Origin: Bdellovibrionales bacterium
Lineage (GTDB): Bacteria; Bdellovibrionota; Bdellovibrionia; Bdellovibrionales; UBA1609
Length of the DNA: 64,000 nt
Direction of reading: 5' to 3'
Assembly (NCBI GenBank): GCA_965203095.1
Contig: OZ241877.1
Span: forward strand, 1,408,001 to 1,472,000
This document shows, piece after piece, positions 19,495-29,149 of this stretch. Positions within the stretch are counted from its first letter, which is position 1; every line of letters begins with the position of its first letter. A model generated the notes under the pieces. The model was not told where the DNA came from, ran no database searches, and saw only the letters and a program-made list of their open reading frames with translations. A program made the position numbers and the translations under genes.

Positions 19495-21774
19495 TCAATT
19501 CCCTCGCTCTCTATAAGCATGGGCTTTTAGGGCGGTTAAAATTAAGGTATTGATAATATCTTCCACGGTGCAGGTCCTTTGGACAATATTCACAGGCTTT
19601 TTAACACCCATTAAAAGAGGCCCTAAAACTTCACCTGCCCCTAACTGTTGAACCAGTTTATAGGCAATGTTCCCTGAATCCAAGTTGGGGAAAATCAACA
19701 CATTAGCTCCTTTTTTAAAAGTTTTATGAGGAAAAAGCTCTTGTGACAGCTCTTCGTTAACGGCAATGTCTGCCTGTATTTCCCCTTCCACTTTGAGCTT
19801 TGGTTTCCATTTTTGAATCAGCCGGACAGCCTTTTTTATTTTGAGAGGGGATGAAGGAGGGCTTTTTCTGTCAGTAAAATTTAAAAAACTAAGCAAAGCT
19901 ATCCGAGGTTCGATATGGAAATACTGAGCCATTCTGGCTGTGTAAATGGCTATATGGGCCAACTCTTTTGCTGTGGGATCAATGTTGACCGCAGTGTCAG
20001 CAAAAAACAAGATCCGATCCCTTAGCAAAACAATATTTACTCCGGCCACAGTTCCCCTCTTTCCAGTCCCTAAAACCCTTAACAGGGGCAAGATGCTGTT
20101 TAAGAAGCTGTCTGTAGCCCCAGTCACTAAACCATCTCCTAAGCCTTTTTGGACAGCCATGCTGGCAAAATAATTGTTTTGCCTCATAAGCTTTTTTGCT
20201 TGTTTTGAGCTTACTCCTTTAGCCTTTTTCATCTGAAAAAACTCCTCAGCAAAGGCATTAAAAGAACTGTGCTTTGAGGGCTGAATGATGGGAATATTTT
20301 TTAACTGCCTCCAACGATTTTTAGTAATGAGTTTTTGAATTTTATCTGTCCGGCCCAATAAAACAGGTTCTAAAATTTTTTCTGGAAGGACTGTGTTTAA
20401 GGCATTCAGCACTTTTTCACTTTCTCCTTCTGGCAAAAAAATCACTGGTTTTTTAAAACGGCTGTTATAAGCTGTGACTCTGTGGATGACATTTTTTACA
20501 AAAACTCGGCCTTCGCTTTGAAAAGCCTCCAACTGTTGAATGTATTTTTTAAAATTTTTTATAGGCTTTCTGGCCGATCCGCTTTTCATAGCGGCACGGG
20601 CCACTGCTGGGGCCACTGTGGTTAAAACTCTGAGGTCAAAAGGCTTAGGAATAATGTAATCAGGGCCAAAATGAAAGATCTCTCCAGAATAAGCCTTAGA
20701 AACACTGTGGGGAACGGTTTTTTTGGCCAAATCGGCTAAAGCTTGAACGGCGGCCAGTTTCATTTCCTTATTAATGTATCGGGCCTGAACATCTAAGGCC
20801 CCGCGAAACAAAAAGGGAAAGCCCAAAACATTGTTCACCTGATTAGGAAAATCACTTCGCCCTGTAGCAACAATCACATCGGGTCTGATTTTTTTGGCCT
20901 TTTCTGGATGAATCTCTGGATCCGGGTTGGCCATAGCAAACACAATGGGCCGGGGGGCCATGGATTTGAGCATGTCCGGCTTTAAGATCCCCCGGACACT
21001 GAGGCCAATAAAAACATCTGCCCCCTTCAGGGCCTCTTTTAATGTCATGCCGGTTGTGGCTTTAGCCCATTTTTTTTTGTATTTGTTCATCCCTTGTTTT
21101 CGCCCTTTATAAATGAGTCCCAGAGAATCACAGAGGCTAATATGAGCCTTAGGCACACCCAGCTCAGTGAGCAGTTGGGCACAAGATAGGGCCGCGGCCC
21201 CCGCACCGCTAAAAACCACTTTAATTTTTTTTATATGTTTTTTTTGAAGATAACAGGCGTTTAAAAGAGCTGATGAGGTGATAATGGCTGTCCCGTGCTG
21301 ATCGTCATGAAAAACCGGTATGTCCATTTCTTTTTCTAAAATTCTCTCAATTTCAAAACATTCTGGTGCCGCAATGTCCTCTAAGTTGATGCCACCAAAA
21401 GAAGGTTCAAGATTTTTGCAAACGGCCACAAATTCCTTAACGGATTGGGCTTTAATTTCAATATCAAAAACATTGATGCCAGCAAATTTTTTAAATAAAA
21501 CGGCCTTGCCCTCCATGACCGGCTTGGCCGACAGAGGGCCTATTCGGCCCAAACCCAAAACGGCACTCCCATTGCTAATCACAGCAACAAGATTGCCTTT
21601 GCCGGTATAGTTAAAAACCTCTTCTGGATGGCGAGCTATCTCCTTACAAGGCTCAGCCACTCCGGGGCTATAAGCCAAAGATAATTGTCGCTCGGAATCC
21701 ACTTTTTTAGTGGGCCGGATTTCCAACTTGCCGGGGGGCTTTTTCCGATGATAGTGTAAAGCTTCTTTCTTCAT
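19495..21774 (-). CDS. maeB: NADP-dependent malic enzyme with PTA domain
   Basis: LSLAYSPGVAEPC, KPVMEGK, FHDDQHGTA, C-terminal phosphotransacetylase domain. Confidence 0.95.
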   Translation of the reverse strand: MKKEALHYHRKKPPGKLEIRPTKKVDSERQLSLAYSPGVAEPCKEIARHPEEVFNYTGKGNLVAVISNGSAVLGLGRIGPLSAKPVMEGKAVLFKKFAGINVFDIEIKAQSVKEFVAVCKNLEPSFGGINLEDIAAPECFEIERILEKEMDIPVFHDDQHGTAIITSSALLNACYLQKKHIKKIKVVFSGAGAAALSCAQLLTELGVPKAHISLCDSLGLIYKGRKQGMNKYKKKWAKATTGMTLKEALKGADVFIGLSVRGILKPDMLKSMAPRPIVFAMANPDPEIHPEKAKKIRPDVIVATGRSDFPNQVNNVLGFPFLFRGALDVQARYINKEMKLAAVQALADLAKKTVPHSVSKAYSGEIFHFGPDYIIPKPFDLRVLTTVAPAVARAAMKSGSARKPIKNFKKYIQQLEAFQSEGRVFVKNVIHRVTAYNSRFKKPVIFLPEGESEKVLNALNTVLPEKILEPVLLGRTDKIQKLITKNRWRQLKNIPIIQPSKHSSFNAFAEEFFQMKKAKGVSSKQAKKLMRQNNYFASMAVQKGLGDGLVTGATDSFLNSILPLLRVLGTGKRGTVAGVNIVLLRDRILFFADTAVNIDPTAKELAHIAIYTARMAQYFHIEPRIALLSFLNFTDRKSPPSSPLKIKKAVRLIQKWKPKLKVEGEIQADIAVNEELSQELFPHKTFKKGANVLIFPNLDSGNIAYKLVQQLGAGEVLGPLLMGVKKPVNIVQRTCTVEDIINTLILTALKAHAYRERGN

Positions 21775-21849
21775 GATATGCCTTAAATCAGCATAAATCT
21801 TATAGAATTTATTTTCAAGTGGTGAAAGGGCGGAGTGTCTACTCTATTT

Positions 21850-22041
21850 TAGTTGCTCGTGAAAAAGCTCTATAATTTACAGGGGATTCTTCAGTTTCTT
21901 TGCCTAAAGGTCCGTCCCATTTCGGGACGGCAATACCTTGGACCCTTATGGGACGGCCTTTAGGCAAAAGTGATTGAAAAGTCTGCCCCTGTAAAAGTAG
22001 AGAATGAGAAGGGCTAAGTGAGACTTTTTTACGGGCGACTA
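21850..22041. mobile_element. MITE-like element with hairpin core
   Basis: TIRs TAGTTGCTCGTGAAAAAG / CTTTTTTACGGGCGACTA; highly similar to 42268-42460. Confidence 0.8.
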
Positions 22042-22256
22042 ATATGTAGTGAGATAAAGAAAACATAGTATGTCTAAATTTTCTGTCCGATTTTAAAAAA
22101 GGCTTGTTTCCAAGGGTTTCAAGCTTTTTTCCCTCCTCCAATAGGCGAACTCAAGGCAGAGATATTTTTTCATCTCTTTAAAAAAGCTCCTTTTTGAAGA
22201 GAACTTTTTCTGATTGTCCCGATTTTGACGCTTTGCAAGTTAATATTTGAGCTAAT

Positions 22257-22413
22257 TAGTTGTCCGTGAAAAACCTTTGTTTTTTAACTTTTTTTGTCCA
22301 AAGGACCATTCCATTTCGGGACGGCAATACCTTGGACCCTCATGGAATGGCCTTTGGACAAAAGCAGGAAAAAGAGGACGAGGCTTTTTGTCCAGCTTTT
22401 TCACGGACGACTA
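22257..22413. mobile_element. MITE-like element with hairpin core
   Basis: TIRs TAGTTGTCCGTGAAAAA / TTTTTCACGGACGACTA, extended by GAGCTAAT/ATTAGCTC; invariant 27-nt loop. Confidence 0.8.
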
Positions 22414-22592
22414 ATTAGCTCCGATTCAAAGGAAAAAGCCCATAAATGCTGTGTTTGTGAGGATTCTGTAGGCTTTTTCTCTTATTTTTCTGCTTGGGGA
22501 TTAAAAAAAAGTTATTTATTCCTATATTTAGGGCTTGCTCCCACATAAAAATCTTGATAGGTTAAAAATATCTTTTACATAGGAGGTCTAAA

Positions 22593-23027
22593 ATGAAAAA
22601 ATATTTCTCAATACTTTTACTGGCCTGTTTTGCAATATTGTGGACAGGTTGCGATAAGACAGACGAACCAGAGGGTGGTTCAGCAGATGAACAATCGGCA
22701 GAAGAGTCAACATCAGGTGCTGATTCAGCAGAGGAAACAGTGGCAGAAGAGCCAACATCACTGGCTGGAAGGGTCCAAGTCGCATTAACAAAAGCTACGG
22801 AACTTATCAGTGCCAACTCAGATTGTGCATATAAGCTTGAAGTTTTCACGGCTACGGCACCTGGCAGTGTTACGCAAGCAACTGTTTCAACTCTTCAACA
22901 GGAAGCTCAAACTAAAGGATTTGCCTATAGAGTTTCAAAAGATGGCACCAACGAATGTAGCACAAAAGTCATCAATAGCCAAGTTTGTCATAATAAGTTT
23001 AAGAAATTATGTACTGAGGCCAGTTAG
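22593..23027 (+). CDS. Hypothetical lipoprotein
   Basis: AGGAGG RBS, lipobox WTGC, acidic linker, Cys-containing C-terminal domain. Confidence 0.8.
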   Translation: MKKYFSILLLACFAILWTGCDKTDEPEGGSADEQSAEESTSGADSAEETVAEEPTSLAGRVQVALTKATELISANSDCAYKLEVFTATAPGSVTQATVSTLQQEAQTKGFAYRVSKDGTNECSTKVINSQVCHNKFKKLCTEAS

Positions 23028-23105
23028 ATCCTGACTTAAGTTTGCCGTTTAGAGAAGTGATTTGAAGAAGACTTAGATTATAAATTTTAGAGGATTCATA
23101 GTCAA

Positions 23106-23132
23106 AAAAGGACAGGTAAAATCTGTCCTTTT
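23106..23132. terminator. Putative intrinsic terminator
   Basis: AAAAGGACAG-GTAAAAT-CTGTCCTTTT hairpin after the lipoprotein gene. Confidence 0.6.
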
Positions 23133-23193
23133 AATAGAGCTTTTTGATAAATGAAAAGAGGTTTTTTTTAATTCAGCTCTGCCATGTGTCTTT

Positions 23194-25020
23194 ATGTTGA
23201 ATATTCTTATCGGGCACAGAGGGACAGGCAAAAGCCACTTTTTAAAGCTTTTGCAAGTGGCTTATGGCAATAAAGCCCTGGTTTTTGACTTAGATAAGGA
23301 AATCGAAAAATCAGAAGGCCAAAGCCTTTCCCTTTTATTTCAACAAAGTGAAAATAAATTCCGTAAAATAGAAAGCCAAACTTTTAAAAAGCTCATCAGC
23401 TCTATTCCAAAAAACAAAATTTGTTTTGTGGCTGTGGGTGCAGGTTTTATTTTTAAAAAAGATTTTTCTTGGAATATAATCCACCTTTGCCGTAACAGTG
23501 ACGAATCAGGAAGAGTGTTTTTTAATCGCCCACGGCTGAAACCCCATAAAGATCCTTTTAAGGAATACCATTTTTTTTATAAAAAAAGAGTGGGCTATTA
23601 CTTCCGACAAGCAGACGAACAGTGGTTCCGGCGAGAGCATTTTCCCGATCTGGAGGATTCTGATAAACTTTTTCTTTCTCTTAAAAAAAACATAAAACCT
23701 CATTTTGCTCTCCGGTTAGACCCTCAATTGTGCCCTAAAAATAAAAACCAACTCCGGCTTTTTTTGCAAAAAAGGCTGAACTGGGGGATAAGGTTTTTTG
23801 AGTTGAATGACCAAACCGCAAACAATGAGTTTGTTCAAGCGGTTCGATCTTTTGTCCCGGAGAGAAAAATTTTATTCTCTGCACAAGTTTCCAAAAAATT
23901 TTTATATATAAAAAACAAACAAAACTTCAGTTGGGATTTGAGTTTGGGCCGGCCCCCAAAATCAGCTCAATTTTTGAGCTGGCACAATAGGAACAAAAAA
24001 AGTTTGAAAGCCATTTTGCTGGAATTTTCCACTTACAAAAACCGTCATTTAAAATTAGCTGTGGAAATTTTTAACCTCAGAGAACTAAAAATGGCTTATG
24101 ACTGGCAAAAAGAAGATCCCAGGAACCGGAGTTTTTTGCCTCGTTCAAAAAAGGGCCGATGGCTTTGGTTTCGGCAAGTTTTTGGCCCTAAAATGCGACT
24201 TCACTTTATTAGGGAACGAGCATGTCATTTTAAAAAACCAGAAAAAGGCTCAAAGGATATTTTGGATCAGCCCTTCTTGTCCGAAGCTCTTCCTTATATA
24301 AAACCCTGGAAAGCTCTGGCCGGAGTTTTAGGCGATCCGGTCAGCCTTTCGGCCACACCGGCAGAGCAAAATCACTTTTTTTATGAAAAGAGATCAGTTC
24401 CCGTTTTGTCCCTCCCTCTCAAGCTGAAAGAGATGACAAAAGAGAATTTAAAAATTTTAAGTGATCTTCATTTTATTTTTTTTGCTGTCACATCCCCTTT
24501 AAAAAAGAAAGCTTTTTTATGTGTAAGTGCTACTGACAAAATCTCCCAGCAAGTGCAATCAGTTAACACCTTGATCTGGAATCAAAAAAAATGGTTGGCT
24601 TTTAATACAGACTTTGATGGCTCAAAAAAGTTAATCCCTTACTCTTCAAACACAACAGCTGTTTGGGGCGGAGGCGGTTTAAGGCCCGTTTTGCAAAAAA
24701 GATTGCCATTCGCTCGATTTTATTCTGCAAGGACTGGGCGAGAACTGCCCCGGCCAAAGCCCTCCAAAAGCTTTTCCCCAAAAACTGTGATTTGGGCTGT
24801 AGGGCGAGGGAGGATGAAAAAAGCCCTTATGCCACCTCAGCATTGGATGCCCACTCAAGTAATAGATATGAATTACACTGAAGACTCCCCTGGCCGTGAT
24901 TACGCCTTGAAAACTGGTGCCAATTACACTAATGGCTGGGCTTTTTTTAAGGAGCAAGCGAAAAAACAAAGGGATATATTTTTGCGAATAGAACGACAAA
25001 AGGATATACTCAAAAGATGA
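23194..25020 (+). CDS. Shikimate kinase / type I dehydroquinase-like / shikimate dehydrogenase fusion
   Basis: N-terminal GHRGTGKS + DLDKEIE (AroK); middle SWHN...KLAV (AroD-like); C-terminal GDPVSLSATP, VTSPLK, SVNT, NTDFDG, DMNY (AroE); followed by aroC. Confidence 0.8.
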   Translation: MLNILIGHRGTGKSHFLKLLQVAYGNKALVFDLDKEIEKSEGQSLSLLFQQSENKFRKIESQTFKKLISSIPKNKICFVAVGAGFIFKKDFSWNIIHLCRNSDESGRVFFNRPRLKPHKDPFKEYHFFYKKRVGYYFRQADEQWFRREHFPDLEDSDKLFLSLKKNIKPHFALRLDPQLCPKNKNQLRLFLQKRLNWGIRFFELNDQTANNEFVQAVRSFVPERKILFSAQVSKKFLYIKNKQNFSWDLSLGRPPKSAQFLSWHNRNKKSLKAILLEFSTYKNRHLKLAVEIFNLRELKMAYDWQKEDPRNRSFLPRSKKGRWLWFRQVFGPKMRLHFIRERACHFKKPEKGSKDILDQPFLSEALPYIKPWKALAGVLGDPVSLSATPAEQNHFFYEKRSVPVLSLPLKLKEMTKENLKILSDLHFIFFAVTSPLKKKAFLCVSATDKISQQVQSVNTLIWNQKKWLAFNTDFDGSKKLIPYSSNTTAVWGGGGLRPVLQKRLPFARFYSARTGRELPRPKPSKSFSPKTVIWAVGRGRMKKALMPPQHWMPTQVIDMNYTEDSPGRDYALKTGANYTNGWAFFKEQAKKQRDIFLRIERQKDILKR

Positions 25021-26063
25021 ATGCCAACAGTTCCGGTCATATTTTTAAATTTCACAGTTTTGGGGAGAGTCATGGCCCAGCTATGGGGGCAGTGATTGAG
25101 GGTTGTCCCGCAGACTTGCAGGTATCCACAAAGCTTTTGCAAGAAGAACTGAACCGCCGGCGACCCGGACGCCATCCTTGGGAGTCTTCCAGAAAAGAAC
25201 CCGATCAGGCAGAAATTTTGAGCGGGGTTTTTAAAGGAAAAACCTTGGGAACTCCTATAGCTGTCTTAGTTTTTAATAAAAATCAAAAAAGCAGAGATTA
25301 TCACTGGGCTGAAAAAAAACCTCGTGCAGGCCACAGCGAAGATCTTTGGAAAGCCAAGTTTTCGCATTATGATCCAAGGGGCGGGGGTCGCTCCTCTGGA
25401 AGAGAGACTGTGGCCCGTGTGATTGCCGGAGCCTTTGCACGAATGGCACTTCAAAAACTTTGCCCTGAGTTCAAAGTGATGGCTTTTGTCCGTCAGATCG
25501 GAAATATAAAGATCCTTCCCAAAGAGATGGCCACAGCGGAAATGCTCTTCCAAAAACAAGCCCTTTCAGAAACATTTAAAGCCTGTATCCCTCATAAGGA
25601 AAAATCAGAACAGGCGGTTCAACAGTTAATGAAAGCCAAAAAAGAGGGGAATAGCTTAGGTTCTCTTGTCCAGCTTTGGATAGGCAATTTGCCCAAAGGC
25701 TTGGGCCAGCCCCTATTTTGTAAGTTCAAATCGGATTTGGCTCAAAGGATTATGAGCCTTCCGGCCAGTATGGGCTTTGAGTTGGCTTTGGGCATGGATT
25801 CGGCTTCAGCTGAAGGAAAAGACTTTCACCGTTTTAAAGAAAATTATGGCGGTTTGAGAGGGGGTCTCACTACAGGAGAGAGGCTTTGCTTGAAAGTGGC
25901 TTTTAAGCCTCCTTCTTCTATAGGAGATATTTCTAAAAAAGGGCGACATGACCCTTGCATTGGCCCCAGAGCGGTCCCCGTTATAGAGGCCATTGCTCGC
26001 CTTGTCACAGTGGATCATCTTCTTTGGAAGCGATTGGACCGGATGGAAAAGCCTGTTTTTTAA
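25017..26063 (+). CDS. aroC: Chorismate synthase
   Basis: FGESHG, GGGRSSGRET, FKPPSSI, GRHDPCI. Confidence 0.96.
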   Translation: MNANSSGHIFKFHSFGESHGPAMGAVIEGCPADLQVSTKLLQEELNRRRPGRHPWESSRKEPDQAEILSGVFKGKTLGTPIAVLVFNKNQKSRDYHWAEKKPRAGHSEDLWKAKFSHYDPRGGGRSSGRETVARVIAGAFARMALQKLCPEFKVMAFVRQIGNIKILPKEMATAEMLFQKQALSETFKACIPHKEKSEQAVQQLMKAKKEGNSLGSLVQLWIGNLPKGLGQPLFCKFKSDLAQRIMSLPASMGFELALGMDSASAEGKDFHRFKENYGGLRGGLTTGERLCLKVAFKPPSSIGDISKKGRHDPCIGPRAVPVIEAIARLVTVDHLLWKRLDRMEKPVF

Positions 26064-26103
26064 AGATCGCCTAAGTAAAAACAAGCAATGAGGTCCAAGA
26101 GTG

Positions 26104-26131
26104 CTGGATTTCCGCAAAAGCAGGAATCCAG
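26104..26131. repeat. dRS3/REP-like palindrome
   Basis: CTGGATTTCCGCAAAAGCAGGAATCCAG. Confidence 0.7.
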
Positions 26132-26690
26132 AAAAGCCTGGAGATTTTTTCATTATGAACCTCATAGCTGTTTGACTTACAGACACAAAATGATAAACTT
26201 GCAACATCCATTGTTGGTTTATCATTTTGTGTTCTTATGTTGCTGGCCTCATTCCCTGAATGGGGCTTTTGACTATCCGAGTCCATAAGTGAAGTTTTTT
26301 TGTCAAGCTGACTGTCCCCTATGTCAAACTGGATTTTTCAGTAGGCAGAGTAGGATTATTTAAGTTTAGGATTTTGTTAAAAAAACTTAAAGCCTCCCGG
26401 CAAAAAAAGAGCCGTAAACTGTGGCCACCCCCTTTTGCTTGGGACTCCACACTTGTTTTTAAGGCTTATTTGCGTCTTGAAGGGCTGGATGTGGATGTGT
26501 TTTCAGAGGGATAAAGAACATATCGGCCACTGCCAATTCTGGTTTCGTCCCATTTCAATGTTTCCTTTGTCAAGTCTCTGCCTCTATCAAGCCATTTTTC
26601 CTTTGTCCAACTATCAGCCAGAATAGGCTTTTTTCCACAGCTGAGGCTTTTTGATAGAAGATTAGAGAGAAAAATAGAGGGGTCTTAGGC

Positions 26691-27350
26691 TTAATTCCCC
26701 CAGTTAATCTTGTCTGTGTTCAATGCTCCGCTGGCCATAATCATGTCACGATATGTTGAGTCTATAAAAACCCCCGCTAAGTCTGCTCCAGTCAGGGTTG
26801 CTTCTGTTAAGTTTGTTCCTGTTAAAGTCGCTCCCTCCAAGTTTGCCTCTGTCAAGTTTGCCTCTGTTAAGTTTGCTTTTTTTAAATTTGCCCTTGTCAA
26901 GTTTGCCTTTGTTAAGTCTGCCTTTGTCAGGTTTGCCTTTGTTAAGATCGCCTTAAACAAGTCTGCCCTAAACAAGTTTGCCTCTGTTAAGTTTGCTTTT
27001 TTTAAATTTGCCCTTGTCAAGTTTGCCTTTGTTAAGTCTGCCTTTGTCAGGTTTGCCTTTGTTAAGTTCGCTTTTATCAAGTTCGCCCCTTTCAAGTTCG
27101 CATTTATCAAGTTCGCCCTTTTCAAGTTCGCTGTCAGCAAGATCGCTTCCGCTAAATCTTTTTTCCCTTGTTTTATTTTTTTTATCAGCTCTGCTTGTTT
27201 TTTTCTCTCTTCTAAAGTGAGTTGTGGAATAGTCATATAAGTCCCCTTTTCAGTCTCTTCTAAGGTGATTTGATTAAGCTCTACCTTCCGTTGGTTTTGC
27301 CCCTGAGCTGGGATTGCAAACATAAAAAGAATTAAAATCAGACCTTTCAT
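26691..27350 (-). CDS. Secreted pentapeptide-repeat protein (class A head)
   Basis: MKGLILILFMFAIPAQG signal, ANLTK repeats, tail GALNTDKINWGN; exact internal 94-nt duplication. Confidence 0.92.
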   Translation of the reverse strand: MKGLILILFMFAIPAQGQNQRKVELNQITLEETEKGTYMTIPQLTLEERKKQAELIKKIKQGKKDLAEAILLTANLKRANLINANLKGANLIKANLTKANLTKADLTKANLTRANLKKANLTEANLFRADLFKAILTKANLTKADLTKANLTRANLKKANLTEANLTEANLEGATLTGTNLTEATLTGADLAGVFIDSTYRDMIMASGALNTDKINWGN

Positions 27351-27411
27351 ACTTATCTTATCGGGTTATTGTCCGGGAATATAAAGAAAAAAGAACCGTA
27401 AACTTTTGCGT

Positions 27412-27662
27412 TCATACTTTTCCCCATAGTTTTTTATAGCGTTCAAGTTCTTTTTGTGAGAGTTCTGCGTCTTCACTGTTGTTGGGTTGATTTTGTTGCA
27501 GTTTTTTGGCTTTGATTTTTAGTGCTTGCATTTCTGGGGAAACACCTAAGAAGTGGGAGGCCATAGTTAAAGCGTGATTGGGGTCAATATCGCCTTCTAA
27601 TGATCTTTGTTTGCCTTTTGGTTTTCTGGCTGTCCGGGATTTTCTTAGTATTTTTTTCTCAT
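27412..27662 (-). pseudogene. Possible small gene frameshifted in an A7 run
   Basis: TATAAT-N8-ATG at 27662; ATG AGA AAA AAA TAC TAA, but one extra A opens ~80 codons (ILRKSRTARKPKG...RYKKLWGKV). Confidence 0.3.
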
Positions 27663-27781
27663 AATGTGCTATTATAGGCCATTTTAGATTGTTTTTTGTG
27701 AGTCTAAAGTCTTGGGTTTAAAGAGGGATAGAGCCGTATACTGTGGCCACCGGGAAAAAGCAAATAAAGGGAATAAAGAGG

Positions 27782-28051
27782 CTATTTGTTTTTGTGTGCT
27801 TGCTTTGACGGATTGTGAGAATGATTTTTAAACTCATAAAACAGCTGTTTAAGCTCCGCTTGCCCCTCTTTTATGCTATCTATATCACTTGATAGCTTGG
27901 CTTGGCCAGCCTCAATCCTGTCTATCCTCTTATCAAGATTAACCTGATTAGCCTTAACCGGAGCTAAAAGGAGATTAAAGACAATTCCTAAGCCAGTTAA
28001 AATAGCCACAAAAGCAATAACAGCTTGAAATAAAGGAGTAAAGATTTTCAT
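27782..28051 (-). CDS. Small TM + coiled-coil protein (cassette-like)
   Basis: N-terminal TM, heptad coiled coil, perfect promoter directly upstream. Confidence 0.75.
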   Translation of the reverse strand: MKIFTPLFQAVIAFVAILTGLGIVFNLLLAPVKANQVNLDKRIDRIEAGQAKLSSDIDSIKEGQAELKQLFYEFKNHSHNPSKQAHKNK

Positions 28052-28057
28052 ACATCC

Positions 28058-28086
28058 ATTATATGGACATTGGCCGGGAATGTCAA
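28058..28086 (-). promoter_or_regulatory. Consensus sigma70 promoter, leaderless arrangement
   Basis: TTGACA-TTCCCGGCCAATGTCCA(17)-TATAAT-GGATGT-ATG. Confidence 0.85.
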
Positions 28087-28190
28087 GTTTTTATTTCAAG
28101 TGCTCAAATATCAGCCAGAATAGGTTTTTTTCCCAGCTGAGGCTTTTGATATAGATAAAAATTAGAGAGAAAAATAGAGGGGTCTGAGGC

Positions 28191-28845
28191 TTAATCCACC
28201 CAGTTAATCTTGTCTGTGTTCAATGCTCCGCTGGCCATAATCATGTCACGATATTTTGAGTCTATAAAAGCATACAATAAGTTAGCCCCTTTAAAATCTG
28301 CTCCTTCCAATTTCGCCCCATGCAATTTTGTCGCATTCAAGTTAGCTTTTATTAAGACTGCCTCTGTTAGGTCTGCCTCTGTTAGGTCTGCTCCTACCAA
28401 GTTAGCCTTTGTTAAGTTTGCCTCATACATGGTCACCCATCTTAAGTCTGCCTCTGTTAAGATAGCCTTTGTCAAGGTTGTTGCGGGTATTCTTATCAGT
28501 TCCATTATTGCCCTTGTTAAGTTTGCCATTGTCAAGTTTGCCTTATAATAAGTCTGCCTCTCTCAAGTCTGCCTTCGTTAAGTTAGCCCTTGTTAGGTCT
28601 GCCCATCTCAATTTTGCCTTTGTTAAGTCCGCATTTGTCAAGTCCGCCTCTCTCAAGATTGCCCCTCTCAAATCAGCCCCTCTCAAGATTGCCTTTGTTA
28701 AGTCCGCATTCGTTAAGTCTGCCCTTCTCAAGTTTTCCCCTTCTAAGTCTTTACATTCCCCTTGTCTAATTTCGTCAATCAGGTCTGAGTCTAAGGCCAA
28801 CCCCGGCAAGTTCATTAAAAGGATAAGGCTTAATAGTATTTTCAT
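28191..28845 (-). pseudogene. Secreted pentapeptide-repeat protein (class B head), +1 frameshift near 28546
   Basis: ORFs 28543-28845 and 28191-28535 join if one T is removed from GAC TTA T TAT AAG; head MKILLSLILLMNLP, tail GALNTDKINWVD. Confidence 0.85.
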
Positions 28846-29149
28846 TGTGTAGGGTTATAGCAGGATGGATCGGGAAGATAAAGTTTTTTTTAGTCTTTTG
28901 TAAAATTTTCACACAAAAGGGCAGACTTTATTGTGGGGCTTTGTCCTTTAAGCTGGTCTTTTGCTTATGCGATAACGGACAGAGCTTTTTCACGAGCGAC
29001 TTAATCGCCTGTGAAAAGCCTTGTTAAAAAGATTGCATTATTCTTCAATTTCTTTAAAAGCCATAGCTTGCTTTTCCATAAAAAGCACTTTATACTATTT
29101 TTTTGGATTCTCAGTAAGTTAAACACCAACTAATAAGGAGAATATACCA

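Noticed and set aside
21839..22548. ORFs 21839-22141 and 22294-22548 (also 2077-2262, 31290-31505, 60180-60551)
   Set aside because: Translations through MITE hairpin elements (shared FGTAIPWTLM / VQGIFPANK peptides), not independent genes.
26710..28852. Plus-strand ORFs 26710-27240, 28210-28548 and 28469-28852
   Set aside because: Antisense shadows of pentapeptide repeats.
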